A stretch of 60,870 nt of DNA, counting the filler, from an uncultured Clostridia bacterium (GTDB lineage Bacteria > Aerophobota > Aerophobia > Aerophobales > B3-G15): the NCBI GenBank assembly GCA_964482715.1. It is 3 parts of 3 records of this genome, joined end to end, with 100 filler letters (N's around TTAATTAATTAA, not from the genome) between each part and the next. Parts side by side here need not be neighbours in the genome. Positions count along the whole stretch, not along the records: positions 1 to 23,010 come from CAYZYX010000031.1; positions 23,111 to 42,739 come from CAYZYX010000032.1; 1 more part is not named here. One strand, 5' to 3'. Below, piece after piece: positions 19,637 through 28,422 of this stretch (positions are counted from its first letter, which is position 1; each line of letters starts with the position of its first letter). Below the pieces are notes generated by a model. That model had not been told where the DNA came from. It did no database searches and worked only from the letters and a program-made list of their open reading frames with translations. Both the position numbers and the translations under genes were made by a program.

Positions 19637-20935
19637 ATGTTAATAGAAAGAAACCTTGAAAACGGATTTATTTCTGAAGAAGAGCTTGACTTTCTCTGCA
19701 GGGAGGCTCTTAGAAAAAAGAATTTTAAAAATCAGAGATTGCTGGTGATAATTCCCGATTCTACTCGTACTGCACCAGTTGGACTTTTTTTCAGAGCCAT
19801 ATGTGGGGAACTTCAAGGTGTGGTTAAAAAACTTGATTTTATCATTGCTCTGGGAACCCATCCTCCCATGGATGAAGAAAGGATAAGAAGACATCTCCAG
19901 ATCAGCGAGGAAGAGAAAAATACGAAGTTTAAAAAGGTGGGCATTTTTAATCATCAATGGGATGTTTCTTATAGCCTTGCTTATATGGGGACCATAAGCA
20001 GTGAAGAAATAGAAAAAATTTCTGGTGGACTCATGAGTGGAGATGTTCCTGTTTACATAAATAAAAAGATACTTGACTATGATGAGCTGTTCATTGTGGG
20101 GCCCGTTTTTCCTCATGAAGTGGTGGGTTTTTCCGGAGGTTACAAGTATCTTTTTCCCGGAATTGCGGGGCCAGAAATTATTAACAAGTTTCACTGGCTG
20201 GGAGCACTCATAACCAATCCCAGGATAAATGGAGTGAAAGATACGCCGGTGCGAGAGATTATAAATCGTGCTACCTCCTTCATTAAGATTCCCATAACCC
20301 TTTTTTGCCTGGTTATGAGAGGTGATAGGGTTTGCGGGTTTTATGCTGGAGGAGAAAAAGCCTGGGAAAAGGCTTGTGATCTTTCCTCCCGGGTTAATAT
20401 TAAGTATGTGGACAGAACCTTTCATTTTGTCATTGCTAAGGCTCCTTTGATGTATGAAGACCTCTGGACCGCGGGTAAGTGCATGTATAAACTGGAGCCT
20501 GTAGTAGAGGATGGAGGAACACTTATAATCTATGCGCCTCACGTAAGAGAAGTTTCCTATACACATGGTGAACAAATTGAAAAGGTAGGGTATCACACTC
20601 GAGACTATTTTCTAAAGCAAATGGAAAAGTTCAAAGACGTTCCTGGAGCGATTTTAGCTCATTGCACTCATGTAAAGGGGATTGGAGTATTTCATCAGGG
20701 AAAAGAGATACCTCGCATAAACGTAATCTTAGCCACCGGGATATCCAAGGAAAGATGTCAAAAGATTAACCTTGGTTATATTGACCCTGAAAATATATGT
20801 ATTGAAGATTATATGGGACGGGAAAAAGAGGGTATCCTGGTTGTTGAACAGGCTGGAGAAATTCTGTATAGACTTTCCAGCGGGAAAGTGCCGGACATTG
20901 ACGAGCTTTATAAAAAATTTTCTTTCGATTTGTAA
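19637..20935 (+). CDS. LarA-superfamily (nickel-pincer) hydroxy-acid epimerase, probable D-mannonate/D-gluconate 2-epimerase (GntE-like)
   Basis: IIPDSTR, ALGTHPPM, PHEVVGFSGGYK LarA motifs; ATG 19637 directly after the gnd stop; context gntK-gnd. Confidence 0.8.
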   Translation: MLIERNLENGFISEEELDFLCREALRKKNFKNQRLLVIIPDSTRTAPVGLFFRAICGELQGVVKKLDFIIALGTHPPMDEERIRRHLQISEEEKNTKFKKVGIFNHQWDVSYSLAYMGTISSEEIEKISGGLMSGDVPVYINKKILDYDELFIVGPVFPHEVVGFSGGYKYLFPGIAGPEIINKFHWLGALITNPRINGVKDTPVREIINRATSFIKIPITLFCLVMRGDRVCGFYAGGEKAWEKACDLSSRVNIKYVDRTFHFVIAKAPLMYEDLWTAGKCMYKLEPVVEDGGTLIIYAPHVREVSYTHGEQIEKVGYHTRDYFLKQMEKFKDVPGAILAHCTHVKGIGVFHQGKEIPRINVILATGISKERCQKINLGYIDPENICIEDYMGREKEGILVVEQAGEILYRLSSGKVPDIDELYKKFSFDL

Positions 20936-21000
20936 ATTTTCCATTTTCATGATATATTAGAATTGTCAATTTAAAAAAAACCGTGATCAAGGAGGAGAAG

Positions 21001-22077
21001 ATGGCAAAATTGTATGGAAAGGATTACTCTCCGAGAGAGCTTGGAAGGTGGGTTGGTGATTTTTCACAGGTTGCTGGAATTAAAGCATATCAGCTTGTTG
21101 AGGGAAAGGGTAGGGGAATAAGATGTGTTGACTTCTGGACAGGAACCGGATTTCAATTTACCGTTTTACTTGATAGAGGGATGGATATATCTCAGGCTTT
21201 TTATCAGGGAAAGTCTCTCTGCTGGAGATCTTCAACCGGAGATGTTCATCCTCATTTTTATGAACCGGAAGGATTTGGTTGGCTCAGAAGTTTCTTTGGA
21301 GGACTGCTTACCACCTGTGGGTTGACTCAGGTTGGTATGCCCTGCGAGGATGAAGGAGAATCTTTGGGACTTCACGGTAGAATATCTAATATCCCTGCCG
21401 AGAAAGTAAAGGTGGAAGAAGGGTGGAGAAATGAGGATTGTATTTTATCAGTGGAAGGTTGTATGCGCCAAAGTGTTGTATTTGGAGAAAATCTCCTCTT
21501 AAAAAGAAAAATATGGACAAAAATGGGAGAGTCACGGCTCTGGATTGAAGATAAAGTGGAAAATCAGGGATATAAAGAATCACCTCTTATGATTCTTTAC
21601 CATTTTAATATAGGTTTTCCTGTGGTGGCTGAAGGTTCGCGTTTGATATCTCCCACCACAAAAGCAATACCTCGAGATGAAGAAGCAGAGGAAGGAAAGG
21701 AAGAGTATGCACTCTTTACCGCTCCTATTCCCTATTTTAAAGAAAAGGTTTACTACCATAAAATGCAGGAGAACAAAGACGGATTTGTAAAATGTGCGCT
21801 GGTTAATGAAAACCTGGAAGGAGATGGATTGGGTGTTTACATTATTTATAAGAAGGAACAGCTTCCTAATTTTGTAGAGTGGAAGATGATGGGAGAAGGT
21901 GAATATGTGGTAGGAATGGAACCGGCAAACTGCCATGTGGCTGGTAGGGCAAAGGAACGAGAAGGAGGAACTCTTTGCATGATTAAACCTGGTGAGATTC
22001 GGGAGTTTACTTTGGAAGTAGGTGTTCTTAAAGGAAAAAAGGAAATACAGGAATTTGAAAAAAATTTAAATCTTTAA
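21001..22077 (+). CDS. Aldose 1-epimerase-like / DUF4432 family protein
   Basis: DRGMDI, GWLRSFFGGLLTTCGL, LHGRIS, LYHFN, GMEP; AGGAGGAG SD before ATG 21001. Confidence 0.8.
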   Translation: MAKLYGKDYSPRELGRWVGDFSQVAGIKAYQLVEGKGRGIRCVDFWTGTGFQFTVLLDRGMDISQAFYQGKSLCWRSSTGDVHPHFYEPEGFGWLRSFFGGLLTTCGLTQVGMPCEDEGESLGLHGRISNIPAEKVKVEEGWRNEDCILSVEGCMRQSVVFGENLLLKRKIWTKMGESRLWIEDKVENQGYKESPLMILYHFNIGFPVVAEGSRLISPTTKAIPRDEEAEEGKEEYALFTAPIPYFKEKVYYHKMQENKDGFVKCALVNENLEGDGLGVYIIYKKEQLPNFVEWKMMGEGEYVVGMEPANCHVAGRAKEREGGTLCMIKPGEIREFTLEVGVLKGKKEIQEFEKNLNL

Positions 22078-22161
22078 GACATAAAGAAGCAGAAAAAATT
22101 TTCTGTGTTATAAGAATTTAAGTTAAATCCAAATTCTACAAACTTAGAAGAGGCAAAAGAT

Positions 22162-22548
22162 TTATTCTTCTTTTGCCTCTTCCTTTTTTTCTTTTGCCTC
22201 TCGCATTTCTGCCTTAAAAACTACCGTGGTTAAAAGCTCAATAAGAAGTCCAAAAATAATTCCCAGAATAATTGGAAGTACAAACCCCATTCCTACACCC
22301 AGTTTTGACCATAGACAGAAAAATCCAGCCGGGATTGAGAAAAAAAGTCCAAGTAAGATTCCGTGAAGCCACCATTTGATTTTCCAGGCGCTAATTCCTA
22401 CGGTAAAGCCAAGTAAACTCCACCAGAGGATAATAGCTATGGCCCCGAAAAGAGACACTTTTCCAGAGATACCAATAAGTCCCCATGAAATGAAACCAAA
22501 GATAATCCCCCATATAGTAGTTGAAACAACCCTCTTTTCATAAATCAT
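22162..22548 (-). CDS. Small 4-TM membrane protein of unknown function
   Basis: Four Gly-rich hydrophobic segments and a charged tail; GGAGGTG SD; promoter TTGACT-17-TATTTT at 22619-22591. Confidence 0.75.
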   Translation of the reverse strand: MIYEKRVVSTTIWGIIFGFISWGLIGISGKVSLFGAIAIILWWSLLGFTVGISAWKIKWWLHGILLGLFFSIPAGFFCLWSKLGVGMGFVLPIILGIIFGLLIELLTTVVFKAEMREAKEKKEEAKEE

Positions 22549-22661
22549 GTTTCACACCTCCCATTTGATTAAGGAAGCCATTCTGATTAAAAAATAACAA
22601 AGAAAAGCCATCCAGTCAACCTTCAAAAAGAAAAAAATCTGGTTTTGTTTTGGTAGGTGAT

Positions 22662-23010
22662 GTTTCAATCCCCTCCTGATCGGGTCCACCTTTCTGACAA
22701 ATAGCACCATTTCAGATCAAACTGTATAATCTTATGTTTCAATCCCCTCCTGATCGGGTCCACCTTTCTGACTTATAAAAAGCGTGAGAGTGATAAATGT
22801 AAGTTTAATGTTTCAATCCCCTCCTGATCGGGTCCACCTTTCTGACAGCTGTATCTTAGAAGATAAGAAGTTATTAGAGAAAATGTTTCAATCCCCTCCT
22901 GATCGGGTCCACCTTTCTGACTTTGATTCTCTGTTTTTCTATAACAAAACGAGCAATTCGTTTCAATCCCCTCCTGATCGGGTCCACCTTTCTGACCTGT
23001 GGGAGGCGGC
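22662..23010 (-). CRISPR. CRISPR array with 5 identical 37-nt repeats, 4 full spacers and 1 partial spacer; truncated by contig end
   Basis: GTTTCAATCCCCTCCTGATCGGGTCCACCTTTCTGAC at 22662, 22736, 22810, 22885, 22960; spacers of 37, 37, 38, 38 nt; reverse complement ends ATTGAAAC, suggesting minus-strand transcription. Confidence 0.97.
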
Positions 23011-23110
23011 NNNNNNNNNNNNNNNNNNNNNNNNNNNNNNNNNNNNNNNNNNNNTTAATTAATTAANNNNNNNNNNNNNNNNNNNNNNNNNNNNNNNNNN
23101 NNNNNNNNNN
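23011..23110. other. Artificial contig linker
   Basis: N44-TTAATTAATTAA-N44 (stops in all six frames). Confidence 0.97.
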
Positions 23111-23420
23111 TCAATATTTCAACAGGGTTCCTGTTTCCAGTAATTACTTTTGCCTCATCCAGATTGGGAAGAAAAATATCGGTATATTTTAAAAGTCCCT
23201 TAATTTCCTCTATATGCCGTCCCGGCCAGTCAGAGGGATCCCATCCTGTGTCCAGTATGGTGGTTTTTCCTGAATTCTGGAGCCTGGCAAAAAGTCTGCT
23301 GGTGACATCAAAGTTCAGCCCGGATAACTTACAAGAGCACGTTCCCCTTTTTCCGTCACGATTTTAAGGCCCTCTCTTTCTATTTGATGATCTTCATCTG
23401 TGTCACAGAGAATCAGTTGA
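23111..23420 (-). pseudogene. PfkB-family carbohydrate kinase remnant with internal deletion and frameshift
   Basis: One frame gives EREGLKIVTEKGERALVSYPG*, another gives GLNFDVTSRLFARLQNSGKTTILDTGWDPSDW..KYTDIFLPNLDEAKVITG; they join at about 23320; no start codon. Confidence 0.7.
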
Positions 23421-23465
23421 TAGTTTTATTTGCGGGCTATTTTTTTATTCCCTTAAATTCACATT

Positions 23466-23725
23466 TTACTTTTCTATAGCTTCTATTGCTTTCATCATAT
23501 CTCTGGTGGCTTCTTCAACAGTTTTAACCTGTGTTAAAGCATTCATGACTTCTATTTGACATACACGGGAAAATTCAGAGTACCAGGTAATCTGAGGCAA
23601 CCCACGCAGGTATTTAGCCTGTTCTCCAAACTGCTTCCAGTAGGGATACAGTTTCAGAAGATCGGGGTCGTGAAATAATTCTGTCCATATGGACAAGCTT
23701 CCTATAGCTAAAGACTGGGCTTTCA
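23466..23725 (-). pseudogene. C-terminal fragment of a sugar ABC substrate-binding protein
   Basis: LPQITWYSEFSRVCQIEVMNALTQVKTVEEATRDMMKAIE is a typical SBP tail; only about 85 aa remain. Confidence 0.7.
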
Positions 23726-24459
23726 GCAGGACCACCCCTTGTTATCATATAAACTATGTCAAAGCTATCCCTTATTGCCCATACCGATTTAATAACAATA
23801 AGAAGAAGTAAAATGGGTCTCAGGAGAGGCAAGGTTATATGGATAAAACGGCGGAATGTACTTGCCCCATCCACTTTAGCAGCCTCATAAAGAGATGAAG
23901 GAATAGTCTGGAGAGACGCAAGAATAAAAAGCACACCAACCGGCGTTTCTTTCCATATTTCCGCTATTATAACAAAGTTCATTGCCACTTTAGGATCTGC
24001 CAGCCATATCTTGTAAGAGTCAATCCACCCTAACTGCAGAAGAATTCCATTCAGTGCCCCATACCTGCCATCATATATCCATTTCCACATCATCCCGTTC
24101 ACGACTGAAGAAAGTGCCCAGGGAAGTATTATCAATCCTCTCATAAAGGCCCTTCCCTTGAAATCTTGATTTAAAACCAGGGCTATTCCCAGGCCCAGGA
24201 TAATCTCCGCTCCAACACTAACCCCTGTAAAGTAAAAGGTACGTCCAACAGCCGCCCAAAAAACACGGTTAGATAATATTTTGAGGTAATTTTCCAGCCC
24301 AACAAAAGGGAATTCCTTTGGGCGAACCAGATATAACTGATGGAAGCTCAGGTAAATTGAATACAGGATTGGCCAGATTATGATGCTAAAGATAACCACC
24401 ATACTGGGGAGAATTAATAGATACCCCATCTCTGCCGATGAAGTTAGCCACTTTCTCAT
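23614..24459 (-). pseudogene. Carbohydrate ABC permease (MalF-like), truncated after GGPA by a deletion
   Basis: FVGLENY, ILPW, EAAKVDGA..FIHITLPLL, ITRGGPA; then an out-of-frame tail over the SBP fragment, and the last TM helix is missing. Confidence 0.75.
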
Positions 24460-24477
24460 TTTTTCATTAATTTTAAT

Positions 24478-24569
24478 TGTAATCGTTTCCGGTAAACAAT
24501 GGAAAGACTCTCTTTATCTTCTGATAAATAAAAGAAAAAACGAAACTGGTTTTTTCGTAATCGTTAACG
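24478..24569. promoter_or_regulatory. Pair of LacI-family-like operators upstream of the decayed ABC operon
   Basis: GTAATCGTTTCC (24479-24490) and GTAATCGTTAAC (24557-24568), imperfect palindromes centred on CG. Confidence 0.45.
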
Positions 24570-24749
24570 CATTTTTAATTTTACCGATATTCTTATTTCT
24601 GTCAGCTTCAGCAGCAGACCTAAGATACCCGTAAGTTTTGAGAAAAAGATAGTTGGGATGGAAGGGCAAATAACTTGATTTCATCTTAAATTTGTATAAA
24701 ATGAAAAAACAAATTTTGATCTACAAGCACTAACTTGGGAGTAAAGAAT

Positions 24750-25394
24750 ATGTTTGAGGATGTAAAAGCTGTATTTGAAAGGGACCCTGCCGCAAGGAGT
24801 ATATGGGAAGTGCTTCTTTATCCAGGGTTACATGCAATATTCTGGCATAGAATTGCTCACTCCCTGTATCAACACAAATTTTATTTTTTAGCAAGGCTTA
24901 TATCTCAAATAGTGCGATTTTTTACAGGTATAGAAATCCACCCCGGAGCAAAAATCGGGAAGGGTTTTTTTATTGATCATGGAATGGGGGTGGTTATCGG
25001 GGAAACAGCAGAGATTGGAGATAACGTAACCCTCTATCAGGGTGTAACCCTGGGGGGTACAGGTAAGGAGAAAGGGAAAAGGCACCCTACCCTTGGTAGC
25101 AACGTAATAGTAGCTGCGGGAGCTAAAATTCTTGGTAACATAAAGATAGGAAATAACGTCAAAATAGGTGCTGGTTCAGTGGTGATTCGGGATGTTCCTC
25201 CGGATTGCACTGTCGTTGGTGTTCCTGGAAGAATAGTAAGACATAAAGGGAGGAGGGTTCCAGGAATAAGTCTGGATCATGGAGATCTACCAGATCCGAT
25301 CTTAGAAAGATTGGAAGAATTTAGAAGAGAGTTAGATGAACTGGAAAAAGTTGTTCAAGCCTGGAAAAAAGAAATTGAAAAGGAAAAATCTTGA
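24750..25394 (+). CDS. cysE: Serine O-acetyltransferase
   Basis: [46 protein letters not shown]; promoter TTGATT-16-TAAAAT at 24675-24702. Confidence 0.95.
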   Translation: MFEDVKAVFERDPAARSIWEVLLYPGLHAIFWHRIAHSLYQHKFYFLARLISQIVRFFTGIEIHPGAKIGKGFFIDHGMGVVIGETAEIGDNVTLYQGVTLGGTGKEKGKRHPTLGSNVIVAAGAKILGNIKIGNNVKIGAGSVVIRDVPPDCTVVGVPGRIVRHKGRRVPGISLDHGDLPDPILERLEEFRRELDELEKVVQAWKKEIEKEKS

Positions 25395-25395
25395 A

Positions 25396-26100
25396 CTACC
25401 ATTTAAGGCTAACCAGAAGTTTGGGTCCTTCCTTATCTGGTAAAAATATCACTCTACCATCCCCTCCATTATTATTTAAAACCTCTTCTCCGGCAAGATA
25501 GCCAACAAGTGCTCCTGCAATAACATCTGTGGGGTAATGTTTTTTTAAAATAACCCGCGAGACACCTGTTAATGTTGCCAGAAGATAGGTGGCTTTTTTT
25601 ATTTTGTATCTTTCCCCAAAAACCTTAGCAATGGCAAATATGGTTGCTGTATGTCCGGAAGGAAAGGAATGGTGGGTCAAGCTGGGACCAAAAAATCCCT
25701 TTTCTTTTTCATAAGGTCTTGCCCGGCCAAAGGAAACTTTAAGTATCCAGGTATATAGACTTGCCTTTATCATGGATTTAAAAGCAAGACGCACGCTTTG
25801 CCGGTGATACTCTTGAGGTAGCAGGTAAATAGCACCTAAGGTTAAAAGCTCCACTTTTCCATCGCCTAAGGCGCTAAATGTTTCCCATGCGCTTTTGCTT
25901 AACTTACTTTCCAGTCTATCAGGGATCTCTTCCATGATTTTTTCGTCTTGGGAAAATAGAAAAGGGAGAGTAAATAAAGTTAAGGGCAGAAAAAATTTTC
26001 CTTCCAGTTTCAAAGCCAAAACTTTTGAAGAGAATGGAAAATGAAGAAAACAAAGGCACATTAAAAAAATTAACATTGGAAGAAAAACCTTTCTCTTCAG
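25396..26100 (-). CDS. PAP2-family phosphatase with N-terminal signal peptide
   Basis: K..FGRARP, SFPSGH, SRVILKKHYPTDV; start extended to the in-frame CTG 26100 after a GAGGGG SD (ORF track starts at 26076). Confidence 0.85.
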   Translation of the reverse strand: MKRKVFLPMLIFLMCLCFLHFPFSSKVLALKLEGKFFLPLTLFTLPFLFSQDEKIMEEIPDRLESKLSKSAWETFSALGDGKVELLTLGAIYLLPQEYHRQSVRLAFKSMIKASLYTWILKVSFGRARPYEKEKGFFGPSLTHHSFPSGHTATIFAIAKVFGERYKIKKATYLLATLTGVSRVILKKHYPTDVIAGALVGYLAGEEVLNNNGGDGRVIFLPDKEGPKLLVSLKW

Positions 26101-26246
26101 TTTTTTACCCCTCTTATTTATTTTTCATGAACAAACCATGCCAATTTCAGAAATTCCCCGGTTGACATAGAAACACAATTTTATAAAAATATTAGTAACC
26201 TAACATTATATTTTTTCTGCTGTAAGTCTCTCCCAGGAGGTATAAA

Positions 26247-27485
26247 ATGAAAAAACTGACCCTGCCGCTATTTTTAGTATTTATATTCATCTTATTTTCC
26301 ACCATTTTTACAATCTGTCAACCCGGGAAAACTGCAACAAAGAGAGGATTTTTACTTCTTTTTAAATATCCAACGGTCGTTATCAGAGGGGAACAAAAAG
26401 CAGAACTTGACCTCATGGTAGTTAACACGGGAGAAAAAGAAGAACAAATATTTCTTTCCATATTTCCTGAACAAAAAGCCAAAAATTGGGAGTTCGGTAT
26501 TGAAACAAGATGGGACAAATTGCAAATTCAAGGTGTAAGTTTACTTACCAAGGATCCGGATGATTCTGTGACATTAAAATTTTATGCCAAGCCTCCTGAG
26601 GATGCCAAGGAAGGAAAATACACCTTCACCGTTAAGGGCGTCACCAAGGATAAAGAGATTCAGCAGGTTACGACCCTGACCATTTACCTGAAAAAAGAAA
26701 AAGAAGTACTCGAAGAGGGTGTAGAAGATATAGAACTTACAGCCGATTATCCCACCATTGAAAATCCTGCCGGTAGAGAATTCAAGTTTACAATGACCGT
26801 GAAGAACAATACCGAAAAATCAATGGTTCTTGATTTGGGAGCCGAATATCCCTATGGATGGGTGGCCTACTGCACACCACGATGGGAGGAGGACAGAAAG
26901 ATTTCTTCTATTAAAGTTGATTCTAAAAGTTCAGAAAATCTCCTTCTCACGTTAATTCCACCCCCGAATGTCTCAAAGGGTGAATATCCGGTTAAGTTTG
27001 TCGTAAAGTCAGAAAATAAAACGAAAACCCTGGATCTGAAAGCAAAAGTCACCGGCACTTATACTTTGAAAGTAAGACCAGAAACTGGCAGATTGAACCT
27101 TGATATAATAGCAGGGGAAAAGGAAAATTTAAATCTTTTTGTCTGGAACGAGGGTTCAGCACCTGTGGAGGACATAAGTTTTTTTGCCACCGATACTCCC
27201 AAAAACTGGGAGATATCTTTTGATCCTGAAAAGATCTCTTCCCTTTCTCCTTACCAGCAGGTAAAGAAACCAGAGAAGGTGAGACTGACCATAGTCAGTC
27301 CCCCGAGGACGCTCCCCGGGGACTACATGTTCACTGTAAAAGCTATTGGTAAACAGGATCAGGATGCGATTGATCTGCGAGTTACAGTAAAAAGGTCAAC
27401 TCTCTGGGGATGGGTGGGAATTGGAATTGTAATAGTAATAATAGTTGCTCTTGTCGGAATATTTGTAAAACTGGGGAGAAGATAA
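26247..27485 (+). CDS. COG1470 / NEW3-domain membrane-anchored protein
   Basis: Signal peptide, three Ig-like repeats (V.N.G..P.GW..L...PP...G.Y.FTVK), C-terminal TM helix ending GRR. Confidence 0.75.
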   Translation: MKKLTLPLFLVFIFILFSTIFTICQPGKTATKRGFLLLFKYPTVVIRGEQKAELDLMVVNTGEKEEQIFLSIFPEQKAKNWEFGIETRWDKLQIQGVSLLTKDPDDSVTLKFYAKPPEDAKEGKYTFTVKGVTKDKEIQQVTTLTIYLKKEKEVLEEGVEDIELTADYPTIENPAGREFKFTMTVKNNTEKSMVLDLGAEYPYGWVAYCTPRWEEDRKISSIKVDSKSSENLLLTLIPPPNVSKGEYPVKFVVKSENKTKTLDLKAKVTGTYTLKVRPETGRLNLDIIAGEKENLNLFVWNEGSAPVEDISFFATDTPKNWEISFDPEKISSLSPYQQVKKPEKVRLTIVSPPRTLPGDYMFTVKAIGKQDQDAIDLRVTVKRSTLWGWVGIGIVIVIIVALVGIFVKLGRR

Positions 27486-27486
27486 A

Positions 27487-28422
27487 ATGGAATGGGTGGT
27501 AGAAACAAATCAGCTTACTAAAGCCTACGATGGAATTAAGGCTGTTGAAGGATTAAACCTTTGGATAAAAGAAGGTGAAATTTTTGGGTTCCTTGGACCA
27601 AATGGTGCAGGAAAAACAACCACCATATTGATGCTCTTAGGGCTTACTGAACCTTCATCAGGTGAAGTTAAAGTTTTTGGCTATGATGCTACAAAAAACC
27701 CTCTGCAGGTCAAAAAAATTACCGGTTATCTCCCAGAAAATGTTGGATTTTATGATGATCTAACAGCCAGAGAAAACCTTCTTTACATCACAAGGTTAAA
27801 TGGCATCCCTGAAAAGAAGGCCAGAGAAAAGATGGAGGAAGTTTTATCCCTGGTGGGACTTTCTGAAGTGGCAGAACGTGAAGTTGGTAAATTCTCAAGG
27901 GGGATGTTGCAAAGATTAGGGATAGCAGCTACTCTGGTAAAAGAACCCAGGTTCGTAATTCTGGATGAACCTACACTGGGGATAGATCCTGAAGGAGTGG
28001 AACAGATCTTGGGGTTAATAAGAAAAATGAAAGAGGAACAGAAAATCACCATCCTTTTATCTTCTCATTTACTTCACCAGGTTCAAAGAATCTGTGACCG
28101 TATAGGCATCATGTCCAGGGGAAAGCTGGTAGTAGAAGGTTCCTTGGACGAGGTGGGTAAAAAAGTAGTCGGAGAGGGTAAGGTAAAAGTCCAGCTTCAG
28201 GTGTCCAGATTATCTGATAAACTTATAGAATCTCTTCACCAACAAGAAGGAGTTGAGAAGATTGAAAAATCTGGAGATTTTTTAATCATAACCTGCTCGC
28301 GTGATTTGAGAGCAGAAATCTCAAAAATAACTGTAGAAAACGGTGTCTTACCCTTACTTTTAAAAACTCAGGATTACACCCTGGAAGAAATTTATGTGAG
28401 ATATTTCAGGGGAGAAGAATAA
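27487..28422 (+). CDS. ABC transporter ATP-binding protein
   Basis: GPNGAGKTT, FSRGMLQRL, LDEPT, SSHLL. Confidence 0.92.
   Translation: MEWVVETNQLTKAYDGIKAVEGLNLWIKEGEIFGFLGPNGAGKTTTILMLLGLTEPSSGEVKVFGYDATKNPLQVKKITGYLPENVGFYDDLTARENLLYITRLNGIPEKKAREKMEEVLSLVGLSEVAEREVGKFSRGMLQRLGIAATLVKEPRFVILDEPTLGIDPEGVEQILGLIRKMKEEQKITILLSSHLLHQVQRICDRIGIMSRGKLVVEGSLDEVGKKVVGEGKVKVQLQVSRLSDKLIESLHQQEGVEKIEKSGDFLIITCSRDLRAEISKITVENGVLPLLLKTQDYTLEEIYVRYFRGEE

Noticed and set aside
22162..22548. Membrane gene next to the CRISPR array as a CRISPR effector
   Set aside because: No CARF/SAVED or other recognisable Cas-associated domain, and it has its own promoter; only proximity supports a link
22784..23062. 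92-aa ORF with repeated MFQSPPDRVHLSD
   Set aside because: It is a translation of the CRISPR repeats running into Ns, not a protein
23055..23066. TTAATTAATTAA palindrome (also at 42784-42795)
   Set aside because: Artificial six-frame-stop linker; adjacency across it (CRISPR to sugar operon, cheW to SBP) is not biological
24380..24634. 84-aa hydrophobic plus-strand ORF
   Set aside because: It overlaps the permease antisense and its AT-rich regulatory region; no SD or motif
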